Shown piece after piece: positions 57,527-64,000 of a stretch of DNA of 64,000 nt. The DNA is from Acutalibacteraceae bacterium. Its GTDB lineage: Bacteria > Bacillota > Clostridia > Oscillospirales > Acutalibacteraceae. The position numbers and the translations under genes are program-made. Numbering within the stretch: position 1 is the first letter of the stretch; the number at the start of each line of letters is the position of its first letter. The notes under the pieces are model-generated. The model saw only the letters and a program-made list of their open reading frames with translations, was not told the DNA's origin and made no database searches. The stretch is from contig JAZOOH010000024.1 in NCBI GenBank assembly GCA_045654905.1, positions 557 to 64,556 on the forward strand, read 5' to 3'.

Positions 57527-57938
57527 CGTTATGATTAAATTAGTCACAGAGCAGACCACCGAGGACAATGAAACGGATACGTTAGAAATAAATGCTCGTG
57601 GCACTTTTGAAAAAACCAAGGACGGCTACGTTGTTAAATATGATGAAATAGATGAGGAAATGCAGGGCTCTAAAACAGAGGTTTTAATTCAGTCGCCGGA
57701 CTGCATTGTAATGTCGAGAACAGGCAATTACAACTCACGCTTCATTATAGAGAAAAACAAGCGCCACTCCTGCCATTACGAAACCCCTGCGGGCTCACTC
57801 ATTATGGGTGTTTTCGCAAAGGACGTCGCAGTAAATTTAAACGATAACGGCGGCAAGGTTAAAATGAAATACACCATAGATTTCAACTCAAGTATGGTTG
57901 CAGAAAACGAAATAACACTCAGCGTTAAAAGAATATAA
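57516..57938 (+). CDS. DUF1934 (YwiB-like) beta-barrel protein
   Basis: About 140 aa in the conserved position directly upstream of argS in Firmicutes. The call rests on recalled context, so confidence is moderate. Confidence 0.65.
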   Translation: MKNDVMIKLVTEQTTEDNETDTLEINARGTFEKTKDGYVVKYDEIDEEMQGSKTEVLIQSPDCIVMSRTGNYNSRFIIEKNKRHSCHYETPAGSLIMGVFAKDVAVNLNDNGGKVKMKYTIDFNSSMVAENEITLSVKRI

Positions 57939-57953
57939 AAAACAGGTGATTAT

Positions 57954-59699
57954 ATGTCAAAAATAGTTAGTGTTGCAGAAAAACAAATTATAGCTTCAGT
58001 TACAGCTGCTTTAAAGGAAAATATGGCAAGCGGCGTATTTGCAGAAGCAGAAATTCCTGCTTTTAAAACAGAAATTCCCGCCGACAAAAATAACGGTGAC
58101 TATTCTGCTAATGCGGCATTTATGCTTTCAAAGGCTTTAAGAATGCCGCCAAGAAAAATCGCAGAGGAAATACAAAGCAAAATCGACTTAAGTAATACGT
58201 ATTTTGAAAAATGTGAAATTGCAGGCCCGGGCTTTATAAACTTCTTCTTAAAAAATGATTTTTATGCAGACGTGCTTTCAGATATTGACACCTTAGGTGA
58301 CAGCTACGGTAAAAGCGATTTTGGTAAGGGCAAAAAAATAAACGTGGAATTTGTTTCCGCTAACCCAACAGGACCTATGCACATGGGTAATGCACGCGGC
58401 GGTGCTCTTGGTGACTGTCTTGCAGCTGTGCTTCAGTGGGCAGGCTACGAGGTTGCAAGAGAATTCTACGTTAACGACGCAGGTAACCAAATAGACAAAT
58501 TCGGCCTTTCCTTAGACGTGCGCTACCAGCAGCTGCTTTTAGGTGAGGATGCCATAGAGCTCCCTGAGGACAGCTACCATGGTGAGGATATTAAGGTAAG
58601 AGCACAGGAATTCATTGACGTTTACGGTGACAAATACCTTAAAGAGGATGAAGCCGTAAGAAGAAAGGCGCTTGTAGAATTTGCATTGCCTAAAAACATT
58701 GAAACAATGAAGGGCGCAATGGAAAAATACAGAATAGATTACGATCTTTGGTTTTCTGAGCTTTCTCTTCATAACGGCGGTGAGCTTCAGGAAACAATAG
58801 ATATTTTAAAGAAAAACGGCCACACCTACGAAAAGGACGGCGCTCTTTGGTACAAAAACAAGGAAATTCAAACAGCAATTCTTAAAAGACAGGGTAAATC
58901 TGACGAGGATATAGAAAAACTTGAATTAAAGGACGACGTGCTCATTCGTCAGAACGGCAACCCAACGTATTTTGCAGCGGATATTGCATACCACAGAAAC
59001 AAGCTCTTAAAGCGCGGCTTTGACACGGCTATTGACGTTTGGGGTGCAGACCACCACGGCCACGTTGCAAGAATGAAGGGTGCAATGGAAGCTGTAGGCA
59101 TTGACGGTGACAGACTTGACGTTGTTTTAATGCAGCTTGTTAACTTAATGAAGGACGGCCAGGCTGTTAAAATGTCTAAGAGAACGGGTAAGGCAATTAC
59201 CCTTGTAGACCTTCTTGACGAGGTGCCGATTGACGCTGTAAGATTTTTATTTAATATGCGTGAGGCAGGCAGTGCCATGGACTTTGACTTAGGCCTTGCT
59301 GTTGAGCAGTCTAACCAAAACCCCGTTTATTATTGCCAATATGCACACGCAAGAATTTGCAGTATTTTGAGAAAATTAGAGAACGAGGGCGTTAATATAA
59401 GAAAGCCGTCAAAGGATGAGCTTATGCTTCTCTCCTCTGCTGAGGAAAAGGACTTAATTGCCCACTTAGCTTCACTCACAGGCGTAATTATTCTCGCAGC
59501 AAACACCTACGACCCTGCAAAAATTACTCATTACGCTGTTGAGCTTGCAACAAAGTTCCACCGCTTCTATAACGCACAGCGTGTTATGACGGATGACGAA
59601 AGCGTTATGCAGGCAAGAATTTTCCTTTGCAATTGCGTAAGAAACACTATGAAAAACGTTCTTTCTATGCTTAAAATCCAGGCTCCTGAAAGCATGTAA
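57954..59699 (+). CDS. argS: Arginine--tRNA ligase
   Basis: SANPTGPMHMGNARG (HIGH variant), MSKRTG, and a C-terminal DALR anticodon-binding domain ending in M. Confidence 0.95.
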   Translation: MSKIVSVAEKQIIASVTAALKENMASGVFAEAEIPAFKTEIPADKNNGDYSANAAFMLSKALRMPPRKIAEEIQSKIDLSNTYFEKCEIAGPGFINFFLKNDFYADVLSDIDTLGDSYGKSDFGKGKKINVEFVSANPTGPMHMGNARGGALGDCLAAVLQWAGYEVAREFYVNDAGNQIDKFGLSLDVRYQQLLLGEDAIELPEDSYHGEDIKVRAQEFIDVYGDKYLKEDEAVRRKALVEFALPKNIETMKGAMEKYRIDYDLWFSELSLHNGGELQETIDILKKNGHTYEKDGALWYKNKEIQTAILKRQGKSDEDIEKLELKDDVLIRQNGNPTYFAADIAYHRNKLLKRGFDTAIDVWGADHHGHVARMKGAMEAVGIDGDRLDVVLMQLVNLMKDGQAVKMSKRTGKAITLVDLLDEVPIDAVRFLFNMREAGSAMDFDLGLAVEQSNQNPVYYCQYAHARICSILRKLENEGVNIRKPSKDELMLLSSAEEKDLIAHLASLTGVIILAANTYDPAKITHYAVELATKFHRFYNAQRVMTDDESVMQARIFLCNCVRNTMKNVLSMLKIQAPESM

Positions 59700-59704
59700 T
59701 AAAA

Positions 59705-60508
59705 ATGGAGTTTGCATATATTAGAAAGCTTAAGCCGTTCATAATTCTTGCAATGATATTTATTTTTATGCCTATTCTTACTAAATCAGGCGGAATAGTA
59801 CCCTCAGAGTTTTACGGCTTTACCGTTACAAGTGACGACGTTGTTATAGTTGGGGATAACAAAGAAATCAGCGGCTGGCAAAACTCAAGTAAGATATTCT
59901 CCTTTGATATGCCCTTAAAAACGGAATACGCGCTCTCAATCGACCAAAACGACAATATCGTTATTTACACTAAAAATGCGAGATTGATTTTCACGCAGGA
60001 GGGCAGTCTGCTCTCTGCTGCTGAAGCAGAGCCTTCAATTTTTGAAGACTTAAAAGACCGCAAAATAATAAAGCTTAGTGAAAGCAAGGTGTACGTGCAC
60101 ACAACCGATTACGGCTTTATAAACACAGTAAGCAAGATAGAAAACGGTACGAGCACCACTGCTTACACAACACCGAAAACCGTTATACTTGTTGAGTTTG
60201 CCTTTTGGCTTGGCAACCTTTTGCTTGTAATAAGCCTTATAGCAGGTCTTTTAGACGTAAGAAAAAGGCGCTTTTTAACAAAAACAGCAGAAGCTGCAAA
60301 AGAGTCCAAAAAAAATGTTGAGCTTCCAAAATTTTTAAAGGCTTTCCAAAAGCCCGAAACGTATAACAAGGGCGCAGCCTTTTCGGATGAGTACAGCACA
60401 AAGCCCGGCGAGCGTCCACGCTTCACAAAGGATGCTGAAGCTGAAGCTAATACCGACTCCCCCGCAACAAAAAAGCAGGAAGAAAAATCTGACACCGCGG
60501 AAATATAA
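59705..60508 (+). CDS. Membrane protein, function unknown
   Basis: N-terminal TM helix, a beta-rich domain, a second TM helix (VILVEFAFWLGNLLLVISLIAGLL) and a charged tail. No motif was recognised. Confidence 0.5.
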   Translation: MEFAYIRKLKPFIILAMIFIFMPILTKSGGIVPSEFYGFTVTSDDVVIVGDNKEISGWQNSSKIFSFDMPLKTEYALSIDQNDNIVIYTKNARLIFTQEGSLLSAAEAEPSIFEDLKDRKIIKLSESKVYVHTTDYGFINTVSKIENGTSTTAYTTPKTVILVEFAFWLGNLLLVISLIAGLLDVRKRRFLTKTAEAAKESKKNVELPKFLKAFQKPETYNKGAAFSDEYSTKPGERPRFTKDAEAEANTDSPATKKQEEKSDTAEI

Positions 60509-60582
60509 AACAAAGCAAAAACCCACCCTCTTCAGAACGGAGCGTGGGTTTAAATTATTTTTTAAAAAATTCAAATTGGGTA

Positions 60583-60611
60583 TTGACAACAGTAGCATTA
60601 TTCGTTATAAT
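60583..60611 (+). promoter_or_regulatory. Sigma-A type promoter of tRNA-Pro
   Basis: TTGACA (60583-60588), a 17-nt spacer, then TATAAT (60606-60611), 28 nt upstream of the tRNA. Confidence 0.55.
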
Positions 60612-60639
60612 ATCAATGCTTTGAAGACATATCTTCAAT

Positions 60640-60715
60640 CGGGGTGTAGCGCAGTTGGTAGCGCGTCTGGTTTGGGACCAGAATGTCGGGAGTTCGAGTC
60701 TCTTCACTCCGACCA
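60640..60715 (+). tRNA. tRNA-Pro (anticodon UGG)
   Basis: CGGGGTG acceptor, GCGC-AGTTGGTA-GCGC D-arm, TCTGG-TTTGGGA-CCAGA anticodon arm, GGGAG-TTCGAGT-CTCTT T-arm, CACTCCG-A and an encoded CCA. Confidence 0.9.
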
Positions 60716-60758
60716 AATACAAGGAATAACCTTTTGGTTGTTCCTTGTATTTTTTTGT
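60713..60758 (+). repeat. Left copy of a perfect 46-bp direct repeat (tRNA CCA end plus its terminator hairpin)
   Basis: CCAAATACAAGGAATAACCTTTTGGTTGTTCCTTGTATTTTTTTGT is identical to 62805-62850. It contains the tRNA terminator (ACAAGGAATAACC/GGTTGTTCCTTGT plus T-run). Confidence 0.85.
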
Positions 60759-60774
60759 GTTGAATTAACTTTAA

Positions 60775-60970
60775 TTCCCGATATTCTGTCACAACCAGGC
60801 GCCCGTCTGGTTTGGGCTATGAGCACGACCGCCGCCTGTGGCGGATGAAGGGAGTGCTTATAGGCGTAGGGGTCAAAATTGTGCGATGCGAATAGCGAGC
60901 TTACAATTTTGGGCACCGCAAGAGGCACGCAGTGAGAATATCGGGAGTTCGAGTCTCTTCACTCCGACCA
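60775..60970 (+). other. Module B: tRNA-Pro-derived structured segment
   Basis: 60804-60816 equals tRNA positions about 25-37 (CGTCTGGTTTGGG). 60935-60970 equals tRNA positions about 41-76 with one mismatch. 118 nt of unrelated hairpin-rich sequence lies between them. CCCGATATTCT (60777-60787) pairs with AGAATATCGGG (60935-60945). Its own terminator hairpin follows at 60972-61012. Confidence 0.5.
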
Positions 60971-61026
60971 TAAAAACAGTGATACCTTTAGGTATTGCTG
61001 TTTTTATTTTTGTATTGAAAAGTTTC

Positions 61027-61129
61027 GGGAAGAGACTCGAACGACCCTCGGCGAAGCCGAACACAATTGGGTTTTCGCGCAGCGAATCGTAGGGCGTAGC
61101 CCTGCGAGTCTCTTCACTCCGACCAAATA
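61027..61129 (+). other. Module C: cloverleaf-like segment ending in a 25-nt copy of the tRNA-Pro 3' end
   Basis: GAAGAGACTCG pairs with CGAGTCTCTTC and encloses three hairpins. The segment ends in CGAGTCTCTTCACTCCGACCAAATA and is followed by a terminator hairpin (61131-61167). Confidence 0.5.
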
Positions 61130-61222
61130 AGCACGATGGTTTTGATACGAAACCATCGTGCTTTTTCTTTTCCTAAAGAGCCTTGTAGCAAAAGGCTTTT
61201 CGATGCTTTGGTGCAGTAGACT

Positions 61223-61380
61223 AGTTTCACTGTATCAAAATTAACTGCACAAGAGTTGAAGTTGGAGGAATTGAACTTACACGTTTTTCAAGTACTTAAA
61301 ACCACAATGAAACTTTTATTTTGGATTAGTTTCATTGTGATTGAATAAGTTTCATCGTGTCATACAAAAGTTTCAGTGTG
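61223..61380 (+). repeat. Array of AGTTTCA-YYGTG motifs upstream of the MerR-like gene
   Basis: Direct copies start at 61223, 61328, 61348 and 61369 (the last three spaced 20-21 bp). One inverted TGAAAC lies at 61308. Confidence 0.7.
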
Positions 61381-61447
61381 GTGTTCAGCTTTTACAATGC
61401 GTTTCTTGATATATTCGCGAAAATATGCAATAATATGTAAAATAGTA

Positions 61448-61478
61448 TTGACTTTTACCTTGCGTAAAAAGTTATAAT
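61448..61478 (+). promoter_or_regulatory. MerR-type promoter: 19-bp spacer containing a dyad
   Basis: TTGACT (61448-61453), a 19-nt spacer, then TATAAT (61473-61478). The dyad ACTTTTAC-CTTGC-GTAAAAAGT fills the spacer. Confidence 0.55.
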
Positions 61479-61502
61479 CCTCTTATAAATGGAGGTGTTT
61501 AT

Positions 61503-62693
61503 ATGAAAATCAAAACTGCATGCGAGTTGACTGAGCTAACTGACCGCACAATTCGATATTACATTGAGGAGCAACTTATATCTCCTTCATACACAGAAAA
61601 CTACTTGGGAAGGAAATCATTCGATTTTTCCAAATCCGATATACAGCAATTGCAAGATATTGCTATTCTTCGCAAGTTTGGTTTTTCTATTGCCGAGATC
61701 AAAGAAATGCTTTCAGTACCTTCTCAAATCATCCCAATTGCAAAAGAATTACAACAAAGAAAACAGAACACCATTAATGAAGAAAACTCGCTTCTACAGG
61801 CATTGCTGAGGTTGGACGAAAACCAGTCCTACACCATCACCGAACTGGCAGCTCAATTATCTGCCCCCGTTGTGAATGAGCCTTTGCCTTCCGAAGATTA
61901 CACTAAAAATATTGTAAAAGTGATTTTGTATTTCTTCAAATCCTTATTGTTGGGTGTCGTCACATGGCTCCCTTTGGTTCTTTCGCTCCTTGCAGCAATC
62001 ATCAGTATCCATTCTGACGCATATCCGGTATTCAACCCAAAAGCATTCGTAGTTGTCCTCTTCGCACTCTCTCCCACTTTATTGATGGTTCTTTTACCTA
62101 AAGATAAGGTTAGGTTTCCATGGCTGCCCATTGCAAGAAAAGTCCTTATTGTCCTTTGCATCCTTAGCATTCCGATTAGTTTTATCTCTTCCAGTAGTAT
62201 CAGCTCACGCTCTGAAACATCGGACATTCGCAATTACCGTCGTTTTGATACTGATTGTCTTGCCAACAGGTCTTCCTTTTTTCAGGAACTGTTTCCAATT
62301 TGGCCGCACTATTTTACAAATGAGAAACAGCCAGATGGTAGTTGGGAGACCGTATATTTAGATGCCCATTATTACTACCGTAATCTTCCGGCAATGGATT
62401 ACACCTATGACATATATGCCGAATGGCCCTTAGAAAAGGACGAATTTGATAAAGAAGTTGCCCGTGTACAAGCATTGTACGAAAGTCAGTCAAGTGACTA
62501 TGTTACCGTGCAAAAGGGAGACTATACCTGTTTCTTTTTGTATGATGGCAACCCGCCCTTTGAAGAAGTAACGGACAGTTACACCTATTTCATTTTTGCC
62601 TTTGATGAACAAAATTTGATCGTCCGATATATAATATGTGATAGTCTTGAAAACGGTGTAGATCAGCCATATTATTTGTCGTTAGATTGGTGA
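61503..62693 (+). CDS. MerR-family HTH protein fused to a multi-TM region and a C-terminal domain of about 160 aa
   Basis: The N-terminus ACELTELTDRTIRYYIEEQLISP..FSKSDIQQLQDIAILRKFGFSIAEIKEML is a MerR HTH. Three hydrophobic helices follow at about aa 135-230. GGAGGTG RBS. Confidence 0.75.
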   Translation: MKIKTACELTELTDRTIRYYIEEQLISPSYTENYLGRKSFDFSKSDIQQLQDIAILRKFGFSIAEIKEMLSVPSQIIPIAKELQQRKQNTINEENSLLQALLRLDENQSYTITELAAQLSAPVVNEPLPSEDYTKNIVKVILYFFKSLLLGVVTWLPLVLSLLAAIISIHSDAYPVFNPKAFVVVLFALSPTLLMVLLPKDKVRFPWLPIARKVLIVLCILSIPISFISSSSISSRSETSDIRNYRRFDTDCLANRSSFFQELFPIWPHYFTNEKQPDGSWETVYLDAHYYYRNLPAMDYTYDIYAEWPLEKDEFDKEVARVQALYESQSSDYVTVQKGDYTCFFLYDGNPPFEEVTDSYTYFIFAFDEQNLIVRYIICDSLENGVDQPYYLSLDW

Positions 62694-62703
62694 TTTTTAG
62701 CAA

Positions 62704-62783
62704 GGTTTCATTTATGCGTGAAGGTTTCACTTTCTGGCGGATGGTTTCATTTCAAGTGAAACCTGTTGAAACCATATGAAACG
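62704..62783 (+). repeat. Array of GGTTTCA (three direct) and TGAAACC/G (three inverted) motifs downstream of the MerR-like gene
   Basis: Direct copies at 62704, 62723 and 62743 (19-20 bp spacing). Inverted copies at 62757, 62767 and 62777 (10 bp spacing). Confidence 0.7.
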
Positions 62784-62804
62784 TATCAATATTATAAGCC
62801 TTTG

Positions 62805-62850
62805 CCAAATACAAGGAATAACCTTTTGGTTGTTCCTTGTATTTTTTTGT
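62805..62850 (+). repeat. Right copy of the perfect 46-bp direct repeat
   Basis: Identical to 60713-60758 but not preceded by a tRNA body. Confidence 0.85.
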
Positions 62851-62861
62851 ACTAAAAAATT

Positions 62862-62951
62862 GGGAAAGAGACTCGAACGACTCTCGCCGAAGGCGAACAC
62901 AATCGAATTTATTCGTGGGGCACCGCCCCACGAGTCTCTTCACTCCGACCA
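62862..62951 (+). other. Module D: homolog of module C ending in a copy of the tRNA-Pro 3' end
   Basis: Collinear with module C. AGAGACTCG pairs with CGAGTCTCT, and the internal hairpins are conserved through compensatory changes. It ends in CGAGTCTCTTCACTCCGACCA and is followed by a terminator hairpin (62957-62992). Confidence 0.5.
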
Positions 62952-63193
62952 TAAACAAACGAAGCTATGATACAATTTCATAGCTTCGTTTCCTTTTCTT
63001 TTATTAGGTTGCAAAATACCTTTATATATGTTAATATTTCTATAGAATTGCAGAGGAAGAGGTGTAATAATTGTGGAGAACATCAAGCAAGCTTGTATTG
63101 ATCAGCTGTTGTACAAGTAGTCTTTTTTAACCGATTACATTTAATTGGTTACTCGCACTAGGCGGACATTACATTGGTGTAGTTGCAGATGTT

Positions 63194-63388
63194 ATGTATG
63201 ATTCGAAACTAAAAAAATATAAGATGGAGTATTGGGTGATTGCGATTGATAGATATAATTTTGACGATAACGGTAAAACATTTTTTGGTATAAAAGATGA
63301 ATACAATGGTCGTTTTGTTGCTTTGGGATGGGCAAAATTCTTCACCTCAACAGGTCTAATGGGAGGGACAAAAACTTGGCGAAAATGA
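63194..63388 (+). CDS. Small hypothetical protein (possibly a fragment)
   Basis: 64-aa ORF in a visibly AT-rich segment. The frame is open upstream to 63131 without a start codon. Its stop overlaps the next ATG (ATGA). Confidence 0.3.
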   Translation: MYDSKLKKYKMEYWVIAIDRYNFDDNGKTFFGIKDEYNGRFVALGWAKFFTSTGLMGGTKTWRK

Positions 63389-63873
63389 AAAATAAAACCA
63401 GAGTTTTAAAATTGTTAATTGCTATGATTGTTGTTTTTTCTATTGTATTTCACTTGTTAAGAATAACATATGGTACAATTAATGAATATATATCTGATTT
63501 AAATATTGTTTACACACCTTCATCTCCTGCACGAACATATCGTTATTCAAATATATCTATAGATATATTTGAATATTGGGTTTTCAAGTTAAGTGATTTA
63601 GAAGAAAAAACAGTTTTAAATGATATAGAAAATGGAAAATGGGATGAATTAGATTCTAATCATATAGCGAAGCTTGACGCATTTGATTATTATAATAAAA
63701 TTTTAGGGAAGAATTACAAAAAAAATGATTGTTATATTTGTATCTACGACTGTAAAAATGATATCATAATAACAGATAGTGAAAATATGATATATGAAGA
63801 TACAACAAAGTGGATAATCTTTTTGTATGATACAGAAACAAAAAAATATTATTGTATTCATGAAACTGTATAG
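63385..63873 (+). CDS. Hypothetical protein with an N-terminal TM helix
   Basis: MKNKTRVLKLLIAMIVVFSIVFHLL, then a soluble domain of about 130 aa. It is translationally coupled to the preceding ORF. No motif was recognised. Confidence 0.45.
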   Translation: MKNKTRVLKLLIAMIVVFSIVFHLLRITYGTINEYISDLNIVYTPSSPARTYRYSNISIDIFEYWVFKLSDLEEKTVLNDIENGKWDELDSNHIAKLDAFDYYNKILGKNYKKNDCYICIYDCKNDIIITDSENMIYEDTTKWIIFLYDTETKKYYCIHETV

Positions 63874-64000
63874 TCCCCTGATTTTTTTGTTTTTTCTATT
63901 GCAGGTAAAATAATAACAATTTATATTGCCGTATTGTTCAAAGAATTCTTTTGCATTGTCAAATAACGCACGCCTAATGCATTCGCTAATGCTTCCTGCG

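Larger units (their letters stand above)
60759..62804. mobile_element. 2046-bp segment bracketed by the 46-bp direct repeats; candidate non-autonomous integrated element or scar
   Basis: Bounded by perfect direct repeats that include a tRNA 3' end. It carries extra copies of the tRNA-Pro 3' end, heptamer arrays and one MerR-like gene. No integrase or transposase is present. Confidence 0.4.

Noticed and set aside
60775-60970. Module B as a tmRNA, a 6S RNA or a group I intron-containing tRNA-Pro
   Set aside because: It has no 5' acceptor strand to pair with CACTCCG, and no tag-peptide reading frame ending in a hydrophobic tail plus stop, so it is not a tmRNA. It does not fold into the long rod with a central bubble expected of 6S RNA. 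The 118-nt insert is too short for a group I intron, I could not find P7/P3-like pairings, and the first 21 nt or so of the tRNA are missing.
60640-62951. Calling an intact prophage, ICE or genomic island at tRNA-Pro
   Set aside because: No integrase, excisionase, transposase or phage gene is present between the repeats. Only a non-autonomous element or scar can be supported.
60387-62970. Track ORFs 60387-60848, 60704-60928, 60838-61092, 60873-61064, 62752-62958 and 62776-62970
   Set aside because: They run through the tRNA-Pro gene, its terminator and the repeated modules. The shared peptide IQGITFWLFLVFFC simply reflects the 46-bp DNA repeat. They have no RBS and no coding-like composition.
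63874-64000. Possible partial minus-strand gene at the window end
   Set aside because: A minus-strand frame is open from base 64000 inward, but only about 40 codons lie outside the neighbouring gene and no motif is recognisable. The evidence is insufficient.

Overview
This 64-kb window looks like a low-GC Gram-positive (Clostridia-like) chromosome, and most of it is housekeeping. All calls come from reading the sequence and recalling protein motifs; no database or profile search was possible.

Recognisable conserved blocks:
- nadD-yqeK-rsfS-leuS
- a nucleoside-catabolism operon (deoD-deoB-cdd-pdp), with deoC elsewhere
- glyQS following a heterodimeric ABC exporter pair
- rpsU, and groES-groEL with a perfect CIRCE operator
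- the [FeFe]-hydrogenase maturation operon (TM1266-like regulator, hydE, hydG, hydF)
- ddl, DUF1934-argS, a MATE exporter
- tRNA-Leu(CAA) and tRNA-Pro(UGG)

Two genes are absent from the supplied ORF track:
- a partial secreted polysaccharide deacetylase on the minus strand at 1-2012
- rpsU at 31065-31241

The parts most worth a second look:
1. A divergent seven-gene cluster (31367-39352) whose enzyme combination I cannot match to a known pathway. It holds a split transketolase, two glutamate-1-semialdehyde-aminomutase-like PLP enzymes, a fused double class II aldolase and two SCP2-like paralogs. It also contains an internal tandem hairpin repeat, and both divergent leaders share a 10-mer.
2. 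The tRNA-Pro locus (60640-62951). A 2046-bp segment is bracketed by perfect 46-bp direct repeats. It contains three structured modules that each end in a copy of the tRNA-Pro 3' end, ordered GTTTCA heptamer arrays, and a membrane-anchored MerR-like gene. No integrase is present.
3. Small cassettes next to tRNA-Leu, separated by about 214-bp hairpin-array repeats, plus a second multi-hairpin repeat family elsewhere.
4. Large repeat-built surface proteins: a 1687-aa giant protein and a CHAP/C-type-lectin protein.

No CRISPR array, rRNA, transposase or integrase was seen.
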